Shown in pieces: positions 25,436 through 33,921 of a DNA stretch of 60,663 nt (positions are counted from its first letter, which is position 1; every line of letters begins with the position of its first letter). Made by a program: the position numbers and the translations under genes. The notes under the pieces are model-generated. The model did not search any database, was not told the origin of the DNA, and saw only the letters and a list, made by a program, of their open reading frames with translations. Where the stretch lies: NCBI GenBank assembly GCA_016183025.1, contig JACPFL010000027.1:1-60663 (forward strand), given 5' to 3'. This DNA is from Deltaproteobacteria bacterium (GTDB lineage Bacteria > Desulfobacterota > JACPFL01).

Positions 25436-27112
25436 TCAGGGGACGCGCGCCGGACGGGTCAGCGCTCCGTACAGGGCTGGCGTGCGATGGGCCACCAGGT
25501 CCGTATTCTGCAGGATCCGCTTGTCGCGGGAGAGCGCGAGCGTGACGAAGCGGCTGCGGAAGCCGATCTGGCCGGGCGGGGCTTCCACGGCCAGCGTGGT
25601 CACCGGATACCCCAACGGCTGGATGATGAGGCTCGGGCCGGGGCAGGGGGAGTCCAGCCGGTTGGCCGCGCAGAGCGTCACCTTGTTCTCCAGGGTCCGC
25701 TCGTGCGCCACGTACTGGTACTCGTACGCGGCCTGCCAGGCGCAGGGCCAGAGGAGCAGGTCTGCCCCGTTCAGGGTCAGGGAGCGCGCGCACTCGGGAA
25801 AGAGGCCGTCGTAGCCCATGAGCAGGCCGAGGCGCCCGAAGCGGGTGGCGAAGACCGGATAGGCGTCCCCCGGGGTGGCCCAGCCCTGCTCCTGGTCCCA
25901 CAGGTGGACCTTCCGGTACTTCCCCAGCACCCCCTCGGGGCCGACCAGGTACGCGGTGCTGTGGAACCGGCCGTTATCCTGCTCGACCAGGCTCAGGGCC
26001 ACGTAGTCGGCGGTCTGACGCGTGAAGGCGAGGAATTCGCCCAGCGCCTTCTCCGAAACCCGGGCCGCGGCCCGCGGGTCTGCGGCGACGCGGTCGGGCA
26101 GGAAGGGGAAGAGCTCGGGGAGCACCAGGATCTCGGCGAAGTACTTGTGCACCGCTTCGCGGCAGTGATGCAGTGCGGCTTCGAGCACCCGTTCGGGATC
26201 CGCGAGGGGGACGAGCTGGATGACCGCCACCTGGGCCGAGCTCTGGGCAGGCACCAGGGGCTCCTGGAGCTGGCGGGTCACCGGAAGGGTCTCGGTCGGC
26301 ACGGTCAGCAGGCCGTAGGTCTCGGGGCGACGATCGCGGAAGAGGTCATTGGACGGACCCACCCGCTTGTCCCGCGCCCGGGTGGGCTCGATGACCGCGT
26401 AGATGATCTCCTCCTTGTCCGCGCTGGCCCGGGCATAGACACGCCCGGCGGGATCCATGATGAAGCTGCAGCCGGTGTAGCGGTTCCCCGGCTCCTCCCC
26501 GACCTTGGTCACCCCGATCACCCAGCAGTGGTTCTCCACGGCACGGGTGGGGACATGGGCCAGGTACTGGTCCGGGGAGCCCCAGTTCGAACAGTTCAGG
26601 TAGAGGTCCGCCCCGTTGAGGGCCAGGCAGCGGGCGGGCTCAGGGATCCGGCCGTCGGCGCAGATGAAGAAGCCCACCCGGCCGAGGGGGGTCTCGAAGA
26701 TCGGGTACTCCAGCTCCCCGGGGGAGAGCCAGTGCTTGTCGGCCTTGATGAAGAAGGTCTTCTGGGCCTTCCCGGCGATCCGCCCGTCCGGCCCGAACAG
26801 GAGCGCGTCATTGAAGACGCGCCCCCCCTCCCGCCGCTCCAGGATTCCCATGGCGGCATAGACCCCCCGCTCCCGCGTCTTGGCCGCCACGCCGTCGGTG
26901 AAGGGGCCGGGGACCGGGGTGGCCAGGGCATACGCCTGCTCGGGGCTGTCGAAGATGTACCCGTTGTTCATCCCCTCGGGGAAGACGACCAGCTCAGCCC
27001 CGTTGGCAGCGGCCTCGTCGATGGCGGCCAGGACGCGCTTCAGGTTCCGCGCCTCCTGGCCGAGCTCGCTGGTCATCTGCACGCCCGCCACCCGGACTCT
27101 CTGTCCCGTCAT
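25436..27112 (-). CDS. Tandem carbon-nitrogen hydrolase (nitrilase-superfamily) protein. The N-terminal domain is intact, and the C-terminal domain lacks the nucleophile Cys.
   Basis: The protein is 558 aa. Domain 1 has VVFPEG, KAQKTFF and GFFICADGRIPE (E-K-C present). Domain 2 has LVLPELF, GKYRKVHLW and GLLMGYDGLFPE, where Gly sits at the Cys position. Confidence 0.85.
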   Translation of the reverse strand: MTGQRVRVAGVQMTSELGQEARNLKRVLAAIDEAAANGAELVVFPEGMNNGYIFDSPEQAYALATPVPGPFTDGVAAKTRERGVYAAMGILERREGGRVFNDALLFGPDGRIAGKAQKTFFIKADKHWLSPGELEYPIFETPLGRVGFFICADGRIPEPARCLALNGADLYLNCSNWGSPDQYLAHVPTRAVENHCWVIGVTKVGEEPGNRYTGCSFIMDPAGRVYARASADKEEIIYAVIEPTRARDKRVGPSNDLFRDRRPETYGLLTVPTETLPVTRQLQEPLVPAQSSAQVAVIQLVPLADPERVLEAALHHCREAVHKYFAEILVLPELFPFLPDRVAADPRAAARVSEKALGEFLAFTRQTADYVALSLVEQDNGRFHSTAYLVGPEGVLGKYRKVHLWDQEQGWATPGDAYPVFATRFGRLGLLMGYDGLFPECARSLTLNGADLLLWPCAWQAAYEYQYVAHERTLENKVTLCAANRLDSPCPGPSLIIQPLGYPVTTLAVEAPPGQIGFRSRFVTLALSRDKRILQNTDLVAHRTPALYGALTRPARVP

Positions 27113-27193
27113 GGCTCCCTCCGGGCTGCCCCGCCGGGTCGCGCCCCGCCTGGGGCGCCTCCGCTGCGCCGGCTCACCCTGGCGGTTCTCGTG

Positions 27194-28231
27194 TCAGGGC
27201 TTGGGCAAGTATTCGTTGGTCACGATCTCGGTCCACGGGATCCGTCGCTTGAGCAGACCGGCCTTCTCCATGACCTCCTGCACGGCCATGACGCCTCGCT
27301 CGGTCATCCGCCCGTCAGGGATCACCCCCTGCCGCACGTTCTTGATAGAGGCCAGCAGGATGGGATCCTGGACCCGCGGGAAGTACACTTTCATGGCCTT
27401 CATGATCTGCTCCGGCTGGGTGTCCACGATCCACTGGTTGGCGCGGGTCAGGGCCCGGACCATCTTCCGCACGGTGTCGGGCTGCCGCCGCGCGTACTCC
27501 GGGGTCACGGCGAGGACCTGCTGGAGAAACTCCGCCAGCTCCGGCACTTCGCCGGCGGTCGTGTTGATGAACATCACGCCGATCCCCCGCTGGATCGCCT
27601 CCTCGGGCACGGGTGTGGACATCACGAAGAGGTCGATCTTCTTCTGCTCCAGGGCTGCGATGATGACCGCCCCGGTGCCGGTCCCGATGAGCTGGACATC
27701 CTTGCCTGGGACCAATCCAGCCCGGCGCACGAAGTACGTGGCCATGTCGTGGCTGAGGGCCCCGGGCCGGGTCCCGCCGATGGTCAGCCCCTTGAGCATG
27801 GCCAGCTTCTCCTGCAGGGAGGTGGTGGGGCTGAGCCCCTTCGCCTTGGCCACGTCCGTCCGCATCACCGCGGTCATGATGTTCTTGCCGAGGACGTTCT
27901 GGACCCCGATGACCTTCTTCCCCTCCTGGTGGAGCTTCACGAGCTGTCCGGTGGCCGTGGCCGTGAACCCGGCGTCGCCCGCCAGCAGGGCATGGATGTC
28001 CGGCCCGCCCCCGCCGGTCATGATGACGTCCACGGCCACGCCCTCGTCGGCAAAGTAGCCGTTGGCCCGGGCGACGTACACCGAGAAGAACGAGAGGCTC
28101 TCGACCGGCTGGGTCATCCGGATCTTCTGGAGCTGAGCAGAGGCCGGCTCCGGGGCGAGCAGCCCGGCGCCCAGCAGGGCGACCACGGCGAGGAGCGCGG
28201 TGGCAAGGATGCTGTGCTGCTTGTGTCTCAT
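27194..28231 (-). CDS. ABC-type substrate-binding protein, NMT1/THI5 (sulfonate/nitrate/taurine-like) family
   Basis: I trimmed the track ORF to ATG 28231 (MRHKQHSILATALLAVVALLGAGLLAPEPASAQ is the signal peptide). AGGAGG lies 6 nt upstream. ARANGYFADEGVAVDV and the later pattern fit the family. No permease or ATPase gene is adjacent. Confidence 0.85.
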   Translation of the reverse strand: MRHKQHSILATALLAVVALLGAGLLAPEPASAQLQKIRMTQPVESLSFFSVYVARANGYFADEGVAVDVIMTGGGGPDIHALLAGDAGFTATATGQLVKLHQEGKKVIGVQNVLGKNIMTAVMRTDVAKAKGLSPTTSLQEKLAMLKGLTIGGTRPGALSHDMATYFVRRAGLVPGKDVQLIGTGTGAVIIAALEQKKIDLFVMSTPVPEEAIQRGIGVMFINTTAGEVPELAEFLQQVLAVTPEYARRQPDTVRKMVRALTRANQWIVDTQPEQIMKAMKVYFPRVQDPILLASIKNVRQGVIPDGRMTERGVMAVQEVMEKAGLLKRRIPWTEIVTNEYLPKP

Positions 28232-28274
28232 CGTGCACCTCCTTGACGGCCCACGGGCCACGCCATCTGGGTAG

Positions 28275-28303
28275 CTTATACCTCGGGGGGCCCCGGGGCG
28301 CAA
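28275..28303 (-). promoter_or_regulatory. sigma70-like promoter candidate for the SBP-nitrilase-PrpD operon
   Basis: On the minus strand: TTGCGC (28303-28298), a 17-nt spacer, then TATAAG (28280-28275). This lies about 40 nt upstream of ATG 28231. Confidence 0.3.
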
Positions 28304-28324
28304 CCACCGGCCGGTCTCCCAAGA

Positions 28325-28353
28325 TTGCCTGATCCTGGGGCGCAGTCTATATT
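28325..28353 (+). promoter_or_regulatory. sigma70-like promoter candidate for the V4R gene
   Basis: TTGCCT (28325-28330), a 17-nt spacer, then TATATT (28348-28353). It is back to back with the minus-strand promoter. Confidence 0.3.
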
Positions 28354-28395
28354 GACGTCCAGCGACATCGACGCCCAGCGAGGGGGGAAGCCTGC

Positions 28396-28854
28396 ATGAG
28401 CGCGGCTCGGGACAATCGGATCCTGACAGAGATGAGCTTCGACGCGGAGGCAGGCCGCCTCGAGTACAAGGGGGTGCGGTACCTGCTCGTTCGGCCCGAG
28501 CTGATGGCGGAGCTGCAGGCGGGGCTGCGGGAGCGGCTCGGGGCTGCCGGCGACGAACTCCTCTTTCGCGCGGGCTTCCGGGGGGGTTCGCTCTCGGCCG
28601 CCAGGTTCCGTCAGGTGCTGGGGCTCTCGGCTGAAGAGACGGCGCGCTTCATGGCAGAGATGGGGCGGCAGATCGGTTGGGGCGGGTTCCGCGTGGACCG
28701 TTTTGATCCCGACAGGCGAGAGCTGGTGCTGGAGGTCAGCGATTCAGCCTTCGCCGCGGGCCAGGGCGAGGCCTCGGCCCCGACCTGCCACCTGATCCGC
28801 GGGGTGGCTGCGGGAATCGCCCGCGAGGTCTTTGGCGGGGAGCCGGAGTCCTGA
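28396..28854 (+). CDS. Stand-alone V4R (4-vinyl-reductase-like) small-molecule-binding domain protein
   Basis: The 152-aa protein has ...GVRYLLVRPELMAEL...LFRAGFRGG...GWGGFRV...LVLEVSDSAFA....CHLIRGVAAGIAREVFG. The conserved Cys followed by a G...G tail is typical of V4R domains. Confidence 0.65.
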   Translation: MSAARDNRILTEMSFDAEAGRLEYKGVRYLLVRPELMAELQAGLRERLGAAGDELLFRAGFRGGSLSAARFRQVLGLSAEETARFMAEMGRQIGWGGFRVDRFDPDRRELVLEVSDSAFAAGQGEASAPTCHLIRGVAAGIAREVFGGEPES

Positions 28855-28910
28855 GAGACGGCATGCCGAGCTCTGGGGGCGCCGGCCTGTCGCTTCGAGG
28901 TGCGAGTCAC

Positions 28911-28932
28911 GGGCTGATCTTTCGGGCTGATC
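28911..28932 (+). repeat. Direct repeat GGGCTGATC x2 (13-nt period) abutting the -35 of the shc promoter
   Basis: GGGCTGATC occurs at 28911-28919 and again at 28924-28932. TTGACA begins 3 nt later, at 28936. Confidence 0.6.
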
Positions 28933-28935
28933 CCA

Positions 28936-28964
28936 TTGACACAGTTTGACCCCCTGATTATAGT
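28936..28964 (+). promoter_or_regulatory. Near-consensus sigma70 promoter for the hopanoid (shc) operon
   Basis: TTGACA (28936-28941), a 17-nt spacer, then TATAGT (28959-28964). A leader of about 120 nt precedes ATG 29090. Confidence 0.45.
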
Positions 28965-29089
28965 GGAAAGCCTGTTCACGCTGGCCACATGTTGGGGGTT
29001 CCTGTTCAAGCGGTTCAGGTGCCGAGCGGCACGCTCCGGCGGGCTCGCCGTGCCTCATCCTGGCCTCATCCCGGTCTGCCCCGGGGCTC

Positions 29090-31056
29090 ATGGACGCGGC
29101 CATGGCTCCTGAGCGCCATCACGTCCGCACCACCCAGCCTCCTCTGCCCACCGAGGTAGAGCAGGCCCTCGCCCGCGTTCAGGCTCACCTCCTCGGACGC
29201 CAGCATCCCGACGGGTACTGGGTCTATCCACTGGAGAGCGGTCCGAGCATCACGGCGGAGTACTTGTTGCTCCTCCGCCAGCTGGACCAGGTGGAGCCGG
29301 ACAAGGAGCAGCGGGCAGTCCGCTACCTGCTGCGCTCCCAGCTCCCCGACGGAGGGTGGCCGATCTTTTACGACGGAGGTGGGGATCTCAGCACCACGGC
29401 CAAGGTCTACTTCGCGCTGAAGCTCGCTGGGCTCTCTCCGCTCTCCCAGCCGTTGCGCCGCGCCCGGGAGTTCATCCAGGTCCACGGCGGGCTGGAGCGG
29501 GTGAGCGTGTTCACGAAGATCACCCTGGCGCAGTTCGGACAGTACCCGTGGAGCGGGATCCCCTCGATGCCGGCGGAGCTGATCCTGCTTCCGCGCGACG
29601 CCTTCTTCCGGTCGGTCTCGTACTGGTCGCGCACCGTGATCATCCCGCTCCTGGTCATCTTCGCCTGCCGGCCTGTGTGGAAGGTGCCGGCCGGGCTTGG
29701 CCTGGAGGAGCTCGCGCCGGAGCGGTTCTGGCAGGAAGGGCCCAGGCCTGAGGCCGCCAGCCTGCTGGGCTGGAAGCGGTTCTTCCTGGGGCTCGACCGC
29801 GTGATCAAGTGGCTCGAGCGGGTTGCGCTTGACCGGGAGGGAAACCCGCTCCGGCCCTTGGCCCTCAGGCGCGCCGAGCGATGGATCGTGGCGCGCCTGG
29901 GGCGCGGAGGACTGGGGGGGATCTACCCGGCCATGGCCAACGCCGTGGTGGCGCTCCGCTGCCTGGGCTACCCCGCCGATCACCCGCTGGTGCGCGAGGC
30001 TCTCCGCGAGCTGAGCCTGCTTGAGGTGTCGGACGGCGATGAGCTCTGGGTGCAGCCGTGCCTGTCGCCGGTCTGGGATACGAGCCTGGCGATGAACGCC
30101 CTGATCGAGACGGGCCTCCCACCCGACAACCCGGCCCTGCTGCGGGCGGCCGAGTGGCTGCTGGGGAAGCAGACGCGGCAGGCCGGAGACTGGATGGCCA
30201 GGAGTCGTGTCCGGGAGCCCGGGGGGTGGTACTTCCAGTTCTTCAACGAGTGGTACCCGGATACGGATGACACCGCCGTGGTGCTCATGGCCCTGCGCAA
30301 GCTCCGGCCGCCGACAGGGTTCAGGGAGCGGCTCGAGCCGGCCATGGAGCGCGGCCTGGCCTGGCTGCTCGGGATGCAGAGCCGCGATGGCGGCTGGGGC
30401 GCCTACGACGTGGACAACAATCGGGCCTTTCTCAACCAGATCCCGTTTGCGGATCACGGCGCCCTGCTCGACCCGAGCACCGAAGATCTGGCTGGCCGGG
30501 CCTTGGAGGCCATGGGCGAGTTCGGATACGACCTCAACTTCCCGCCTGCCCGGCGGGCCCTGGCCTTCCTGCGCCGCACGCAGCAGCCCTCGGGCGCCTG
30601 GTACGGGCGGTGGGGGGGGAACTACATCTACGGGACCTGGTCCGTGCTACGAGGCCTGGCGGCGATCGGCCTCCCGACATGCGGGAGGGCTTTTGCCTGC
30701 GCGCCGCCGAATGGCTGCGGGCCTGCCAGAACCCGGACGGCGGCTGGGGGGAGCGCTGCGACTCCTACATGGACGCCACGCTGGCCGGGACCGGGCCGAG
30801 TTGCCCATCCCAGACCGCCTGGGCGCTGCTGGGGCTGATGGCCGCGGGCGAGGTCGAAGACCCGGCGGTGGTGCGCGGAGTCCGCTACCTGCTGGACACC
30901 CAGACCGCCGATGGCTCGTGGACCGAGCCCTTCTACACGGGCACCGGCTTTCCGCGGGTCTTCTACCTGCGGTACCACGGCTATGCCATGCTCTTCGCCC
31001 TGTGGGCGCTGGCCCGGTACCAGCGGCTGCGCTCTGGTCCGACGGGGGCAGCATGA
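29090..31056 (+). pseudogene. shc: Squalene-hopene cyclase, split into two frames by an apparent 1-nt indel near 30673-30676
   Basis: ORF 29090..30838 carries QW repeats and SHC motifs up to ...GRWGGNYIYGTWSVLRGLAAIGLP. The rest (DMREGFCLRAAEWLRACQNPDGGWGE ... SQTAWALLGL ... YTGTGFPRVFYLRYHGY...) continues in the frame of ORF 30610..31056. The total is 1967 nt, so one extra base would give a normal SHC of about 655 aa. Confidence 0.85.
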
Positions 31057-32078
31057 GCAGCCTGGTGACGGGCGCCACGGGGTTCGTGGGGGCCGCGGTG
31101 GCACGAGCCCTCTTGGCCGCGGGGGACTCCGTCCGTATCCTGGCCCGACCCGGGGGCCCGCAGGGAAACATCCAGGGGCTGCCTATAGAGGTGGCATCAG
31201 GCGACTTGCTGGACCGCCGCTCGCTGGAGCGGGCCCTCAAAGGGTGCACCACCCTATACCACGTCGCGGCCTGCTACAAACTCTGGACGCGGGATCCGCA
31301 GGAGCTGTACCGGACGAACGTGGAGGGCACCCGGGCGATCCTCGAGGCTGCCGGCGAGGCCGGGGTGGATCGCATCGTGTACACGAGCACCGTGGGCGTG
31401 CTCCCCACCTCCCGTGACGGCCGGCCCGTGAACGAGCAGGCGCAGGCGACCCTGGCGGGGATGGTGGGCCACTACAAGCGATCGAAGTTCCTCGCGGAGC
31501 AGGAAGCCCTGCGTCTGGCCCGCGCCGGGCTCCCTGTGGTGATCGTCAATCCAAGCGCGCCGGTGGGACCGCGGGACATCAAGCCCACCCCCACCGGGCA
31601 GATGATCGTGGACTACCTGAACGGCCGCATGTTCGGATACCTCGAGACCGGGCTGAACGTGGTCGCCGTCGAGGATGTGGCGCACGGCCACCTCCTGGCG
31701 GGCACGAAGGGACGCGTGGGGGAACGCTACATCCTCGGGCACGCCAACCTCAGGCTGTCCGTCATCTTCCGCCTCCTCGAGGAGATCACGGGTATCCCGG
31801 CCCCCCGGCGCCGGGTGCCGTATGCCCTGGCCTACGGGGCGGCCTGCGCGAGCGAGGCCTGGGCACGGATCAGGGGTGGGGCCCCCCGGATTCCCCGGGA
31901 CGGCGTCCGGATGGCCCGCAAGTACATGTTCTTCGATACGAGCAAGGCCGTAGCAGAGCTGGGGTTGCCGCAGACCCCGGTGGAGGAGGCCCTCCGCCGG
32001 GCCGTACGCTGGTTCACGGAGCACGGCTATGTGGGCAAGAAGCGGAGCGCGCCGGCATGGACAGCATCAGCCTCCTGA
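31053..32078 (+). CDS. hpnA: Hopanoid-associated NAD-dependent sugar epimerase/dehydratase, HpnA-like
   Basis: I trimmed the track ORF (30207..) to ATG 31053 (MSSLVTGATGFVGAAVARALL is a Rossmann GxxGxxG). This gives an ATGA overlap with the shc stop. YKRSK is the SDR catalytic motif. Confidence 0.8.
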   Translation: MSSLVTGATGFVGAAVARALLAAGDSVRILARPGGPQGNIQGLPIEVASGDLLDRRSLERALKGCTTLYHVAACYKLWTRDPQELYRTNVEGTRAILEAAGEAGVDRIVYTSTVGVLPTSRDGRPVNEQAQATLAGMVGHYKRSKFLAEQEALRLARAGLPVVIVNPSAPVGPRDIKPTPTGQMIVDYLNGRMFGYLETGLNVVAVEDVAHGHLLAGTKGRVGERYILGHANLRLSVIFRLLEEITGIPAPRRRVPYALAYGAACASEAWARIRGGAPRIPRDGVRMARKYMFFDTSKAVAELGLPQTPVEEALRRAVRWFTEHGYVGKKRSAPAWTASAS

Positions 32079-32893
32079 TCGGGTCGGCCCAGCTCCGGCC
32101 TTACATCTTCGCCTTCTTCGGGCTCATGCTCGCTTCGGCGGTCCCGGCCCTCGGCCTGCGCCGGGCCCTGGCCTTCACCGTGATCGGCTGGGCGGTGGCC
32201 TTCGCTGCCGAGTTCTCCTCGATCCGGATCGGGATCCCGTTCGGGTTCTACTATTACATCCCGGCCACGGCCGACCGTGAGCTCTGGATCGGAGGGGTCC
32301 CGTTCGCGGATTCCTTCTCGTTCACCTTTCTCATCTACGCCAGCTACAGCACGGCCCTGGTGCTCCTCCGCCCGTTGCGGCGGGAGGGGCGCTGGCTGGT
32401 GGTGGGGCGGCCGGAGCAGGCCTGGGCGCGGGCGACCGGGCTCGGGGCCGCGCTGCTCATCCTGCTCGACGTGGTGATCGATCCGGTGGCCCTGCGCGGG
32501 GACCGCTGGTTCCTCGGGAAACTCTACGGCTACTACGAGCCGGGGTGGTACTTCGGCATCCCGATGGCGAACTTCATCGGCTGGGGGCTGGTCGGGCTCG
32601 TCGCGATGGTCCTCTACCGCCTGGCCGACCGGAGCCTGCTGCGCGAGCAGGCGCGGCGCCGTCCAGACCTCAGGATGCCGCTCGGGCTGATGGGGCCGGT
32701 CCTCTACGGGATGGTGTTGGCCTTCAACCTCGGCGTGACCTTCGCCATCGGCGAGTGGCTCCTGGGCATGGCCGGGCTGGCGTTATCCACCCCGGTCCTG
32801 GCGCTGCTGGGGAGGAGGGTCGCGGGGGCCCTGGCCGCCAGGGGGGAGGCCGTCGATCTGAGCCCGGTAGCCGGGGGCGTGTGTTCCGGTTGA
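32057..32893 (+). CDS. Polytopic membrane protein, carotenoid-biosynthesis-protein (DUF422 / CruF-like) family suspected
   Basis: The 278-aa protein has about 7 hydrophobic segments: FAAEFSSIRIGIPFGFYYY, GGVPFADSFSFTFLIY, DVVIDPVALRGDRWFLG, and YFGIPMANFIGWGLVG. The start overlaps the hpnA 3' end by 22 nt. Confidence 0.55.
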   Translation: MDSISLLIGSAQLRPYIFAFFGLMLASAVPALGLRRALAFTVIGWAVAFAAEFSSIRIGIPFGFYYYIPATADRELWIGGVPFADSFSFTFLIYASYSTALVLLRPLRREGRWLVVGRPEQAWARATGLGAALLILLDVVIDPVALRGDRWFLGKLYGYYEPGWYFGIPMANFIGWGLVGLVAMVLYRLADRSLLREQARRRPDLRMPLGLMGPVLYGMVLAFNLGVTFAIGEWLLGMAGLALSTPVLALLGRRVAGALAARGEAVDLSPVAGGVCSG

Positions 32894-32914
32894 GTGGAGA
32901 CGGAGGGGAGGGCG

Positions 32915-33916
32915 ATGCGGTTTCCGCTGCACATCACCACGGACATGATGCAACATCAGGCCAGGCACGCCCTGAAGGGCAACCGGCGCTACCCCTTCGT
33001 CCTGATGCTGGAGCCGCTGTACACCTGTAACCTGGCCTGCCTGGGCTGCTCGCTGGAGCGCCACACCGGCAAGCTCGAAGACCGGCTCACGGTGGCCCAA
33101 TGCCTCAAGGCGGTGGACGACTCCGGAGCCCCGGCCGTCTCCATCTGCGGCGGGGAGCCGACCGTCTATCCCGAGCTGAGGGAATTGGTCGAGGGGATCC
33201 TCGCCCGCAGGCGGCACATCTACCTCTGCACCAACGCGCTCCTGCTCGACAGCCGGGTCTACGGCGTCATCCCGCCTCACCGACGGCTCACCATCAATAT
33301 CCACCTGGACGGGATGAGGGAGATCCACGACCACGTGTGCGACCGCCAGGGGGTCTTCGACAAGGCGATCGCCATGCTCAAAGAGGGGAAGCGCCTGGGC
33401 TACCACGTGATGACGAACACGACGGTCTTCAAGGAGACCGAAGTGGATGAGGTGGAGGCGCTGTGCCGGCTGCTGCGTGACCTGGGGGTGGACGGGATGC
33501 TCATCTCCCCCGGGTATCACTACGAGTCCGTGGATCAGGACATCTTCCTGACCCGGGAGGAGATCCACCGGAAGTTCCAGCGGGTCCTGGAGATCTCCAG
33601 GCACTACCGGCTGACCTCCACGCCGATGTTCCTGGAGTTCGCCGCGGGCCTGCGCGACTACCCGTGCTCCCCGTGGAGCACCGTGACCTACACCCCCATG
33701 GGCTGGAAGGGGCCGTGCTACCTCATCGGCGCCAAGTACTTCAAGACCTGGAAGGAATTCTGGAACGGGGTGGATTGGGACTACTGGGAGTCCCGGAAGG
33801 ACCGTCGCTGCCAGAACTGCCTGATGCACTCCGGCTTCGAGGCCTCGGCCGTGCGGGAACTGTGGAAGAGCCCGAAGGACATGGCCAGGATGGCGGCCTG
33901 GAATCTGCTCGGGTAG
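32915..33916 (+). CDS. hpnH: Adenosyl-hopene transferase, radical SAM enzyme HpnH
   Basis: LEPLYTCNLACLGCS is the CxxxCxxC motif. The conserved C-terminal region is PCSPWSTVTYTPMGWKGPCYL...CQNCLMHSGFE. I preferred ATG 32915 (MRFPLH; GGAGGGGAGGG upstream) over the track start at 32894. Confidence 0.9.
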   Translation: MRFPLHITTDMMQHQARHALKGNRRYPFVLMLEPLYTCNLACLGCSLERHTGKLEDRLTVAQCLKAVDDSGAPAVSICGGEPTVYPELRELVEGILARRRHIYLCTNALLLDSRVYGVIPPHRRLTINIHLDGMREIHDHVCDRQGVFDKAIAMLKEGKRLGYHVMTNTTVFKETEVDEVEALCRLLRDLGVDGMLISPGYHYESVDQDIFLTREEIHRKFQRVLEISRHYRLTSTPMFLEFAAGLRDYPCSPWSTVTYTPMGWKGPCYLIGAKYFKTWKEFWNGVDWDYWESRKDRRCQNCLMHSGFEASAVRELWKSPKDMARMAAWNLLG

Positions 33917-33921
33917 GCCAG

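Noticed and set aside
23925-28854. tRNA-Val as an integration site for a genomic island, given the opposite-strand accessory-looking genes just downstream.
   Set aside because: There is no integrase, no direct repeat of the tRNA 3' end, no mobility genes, and no compositional break that I could see.
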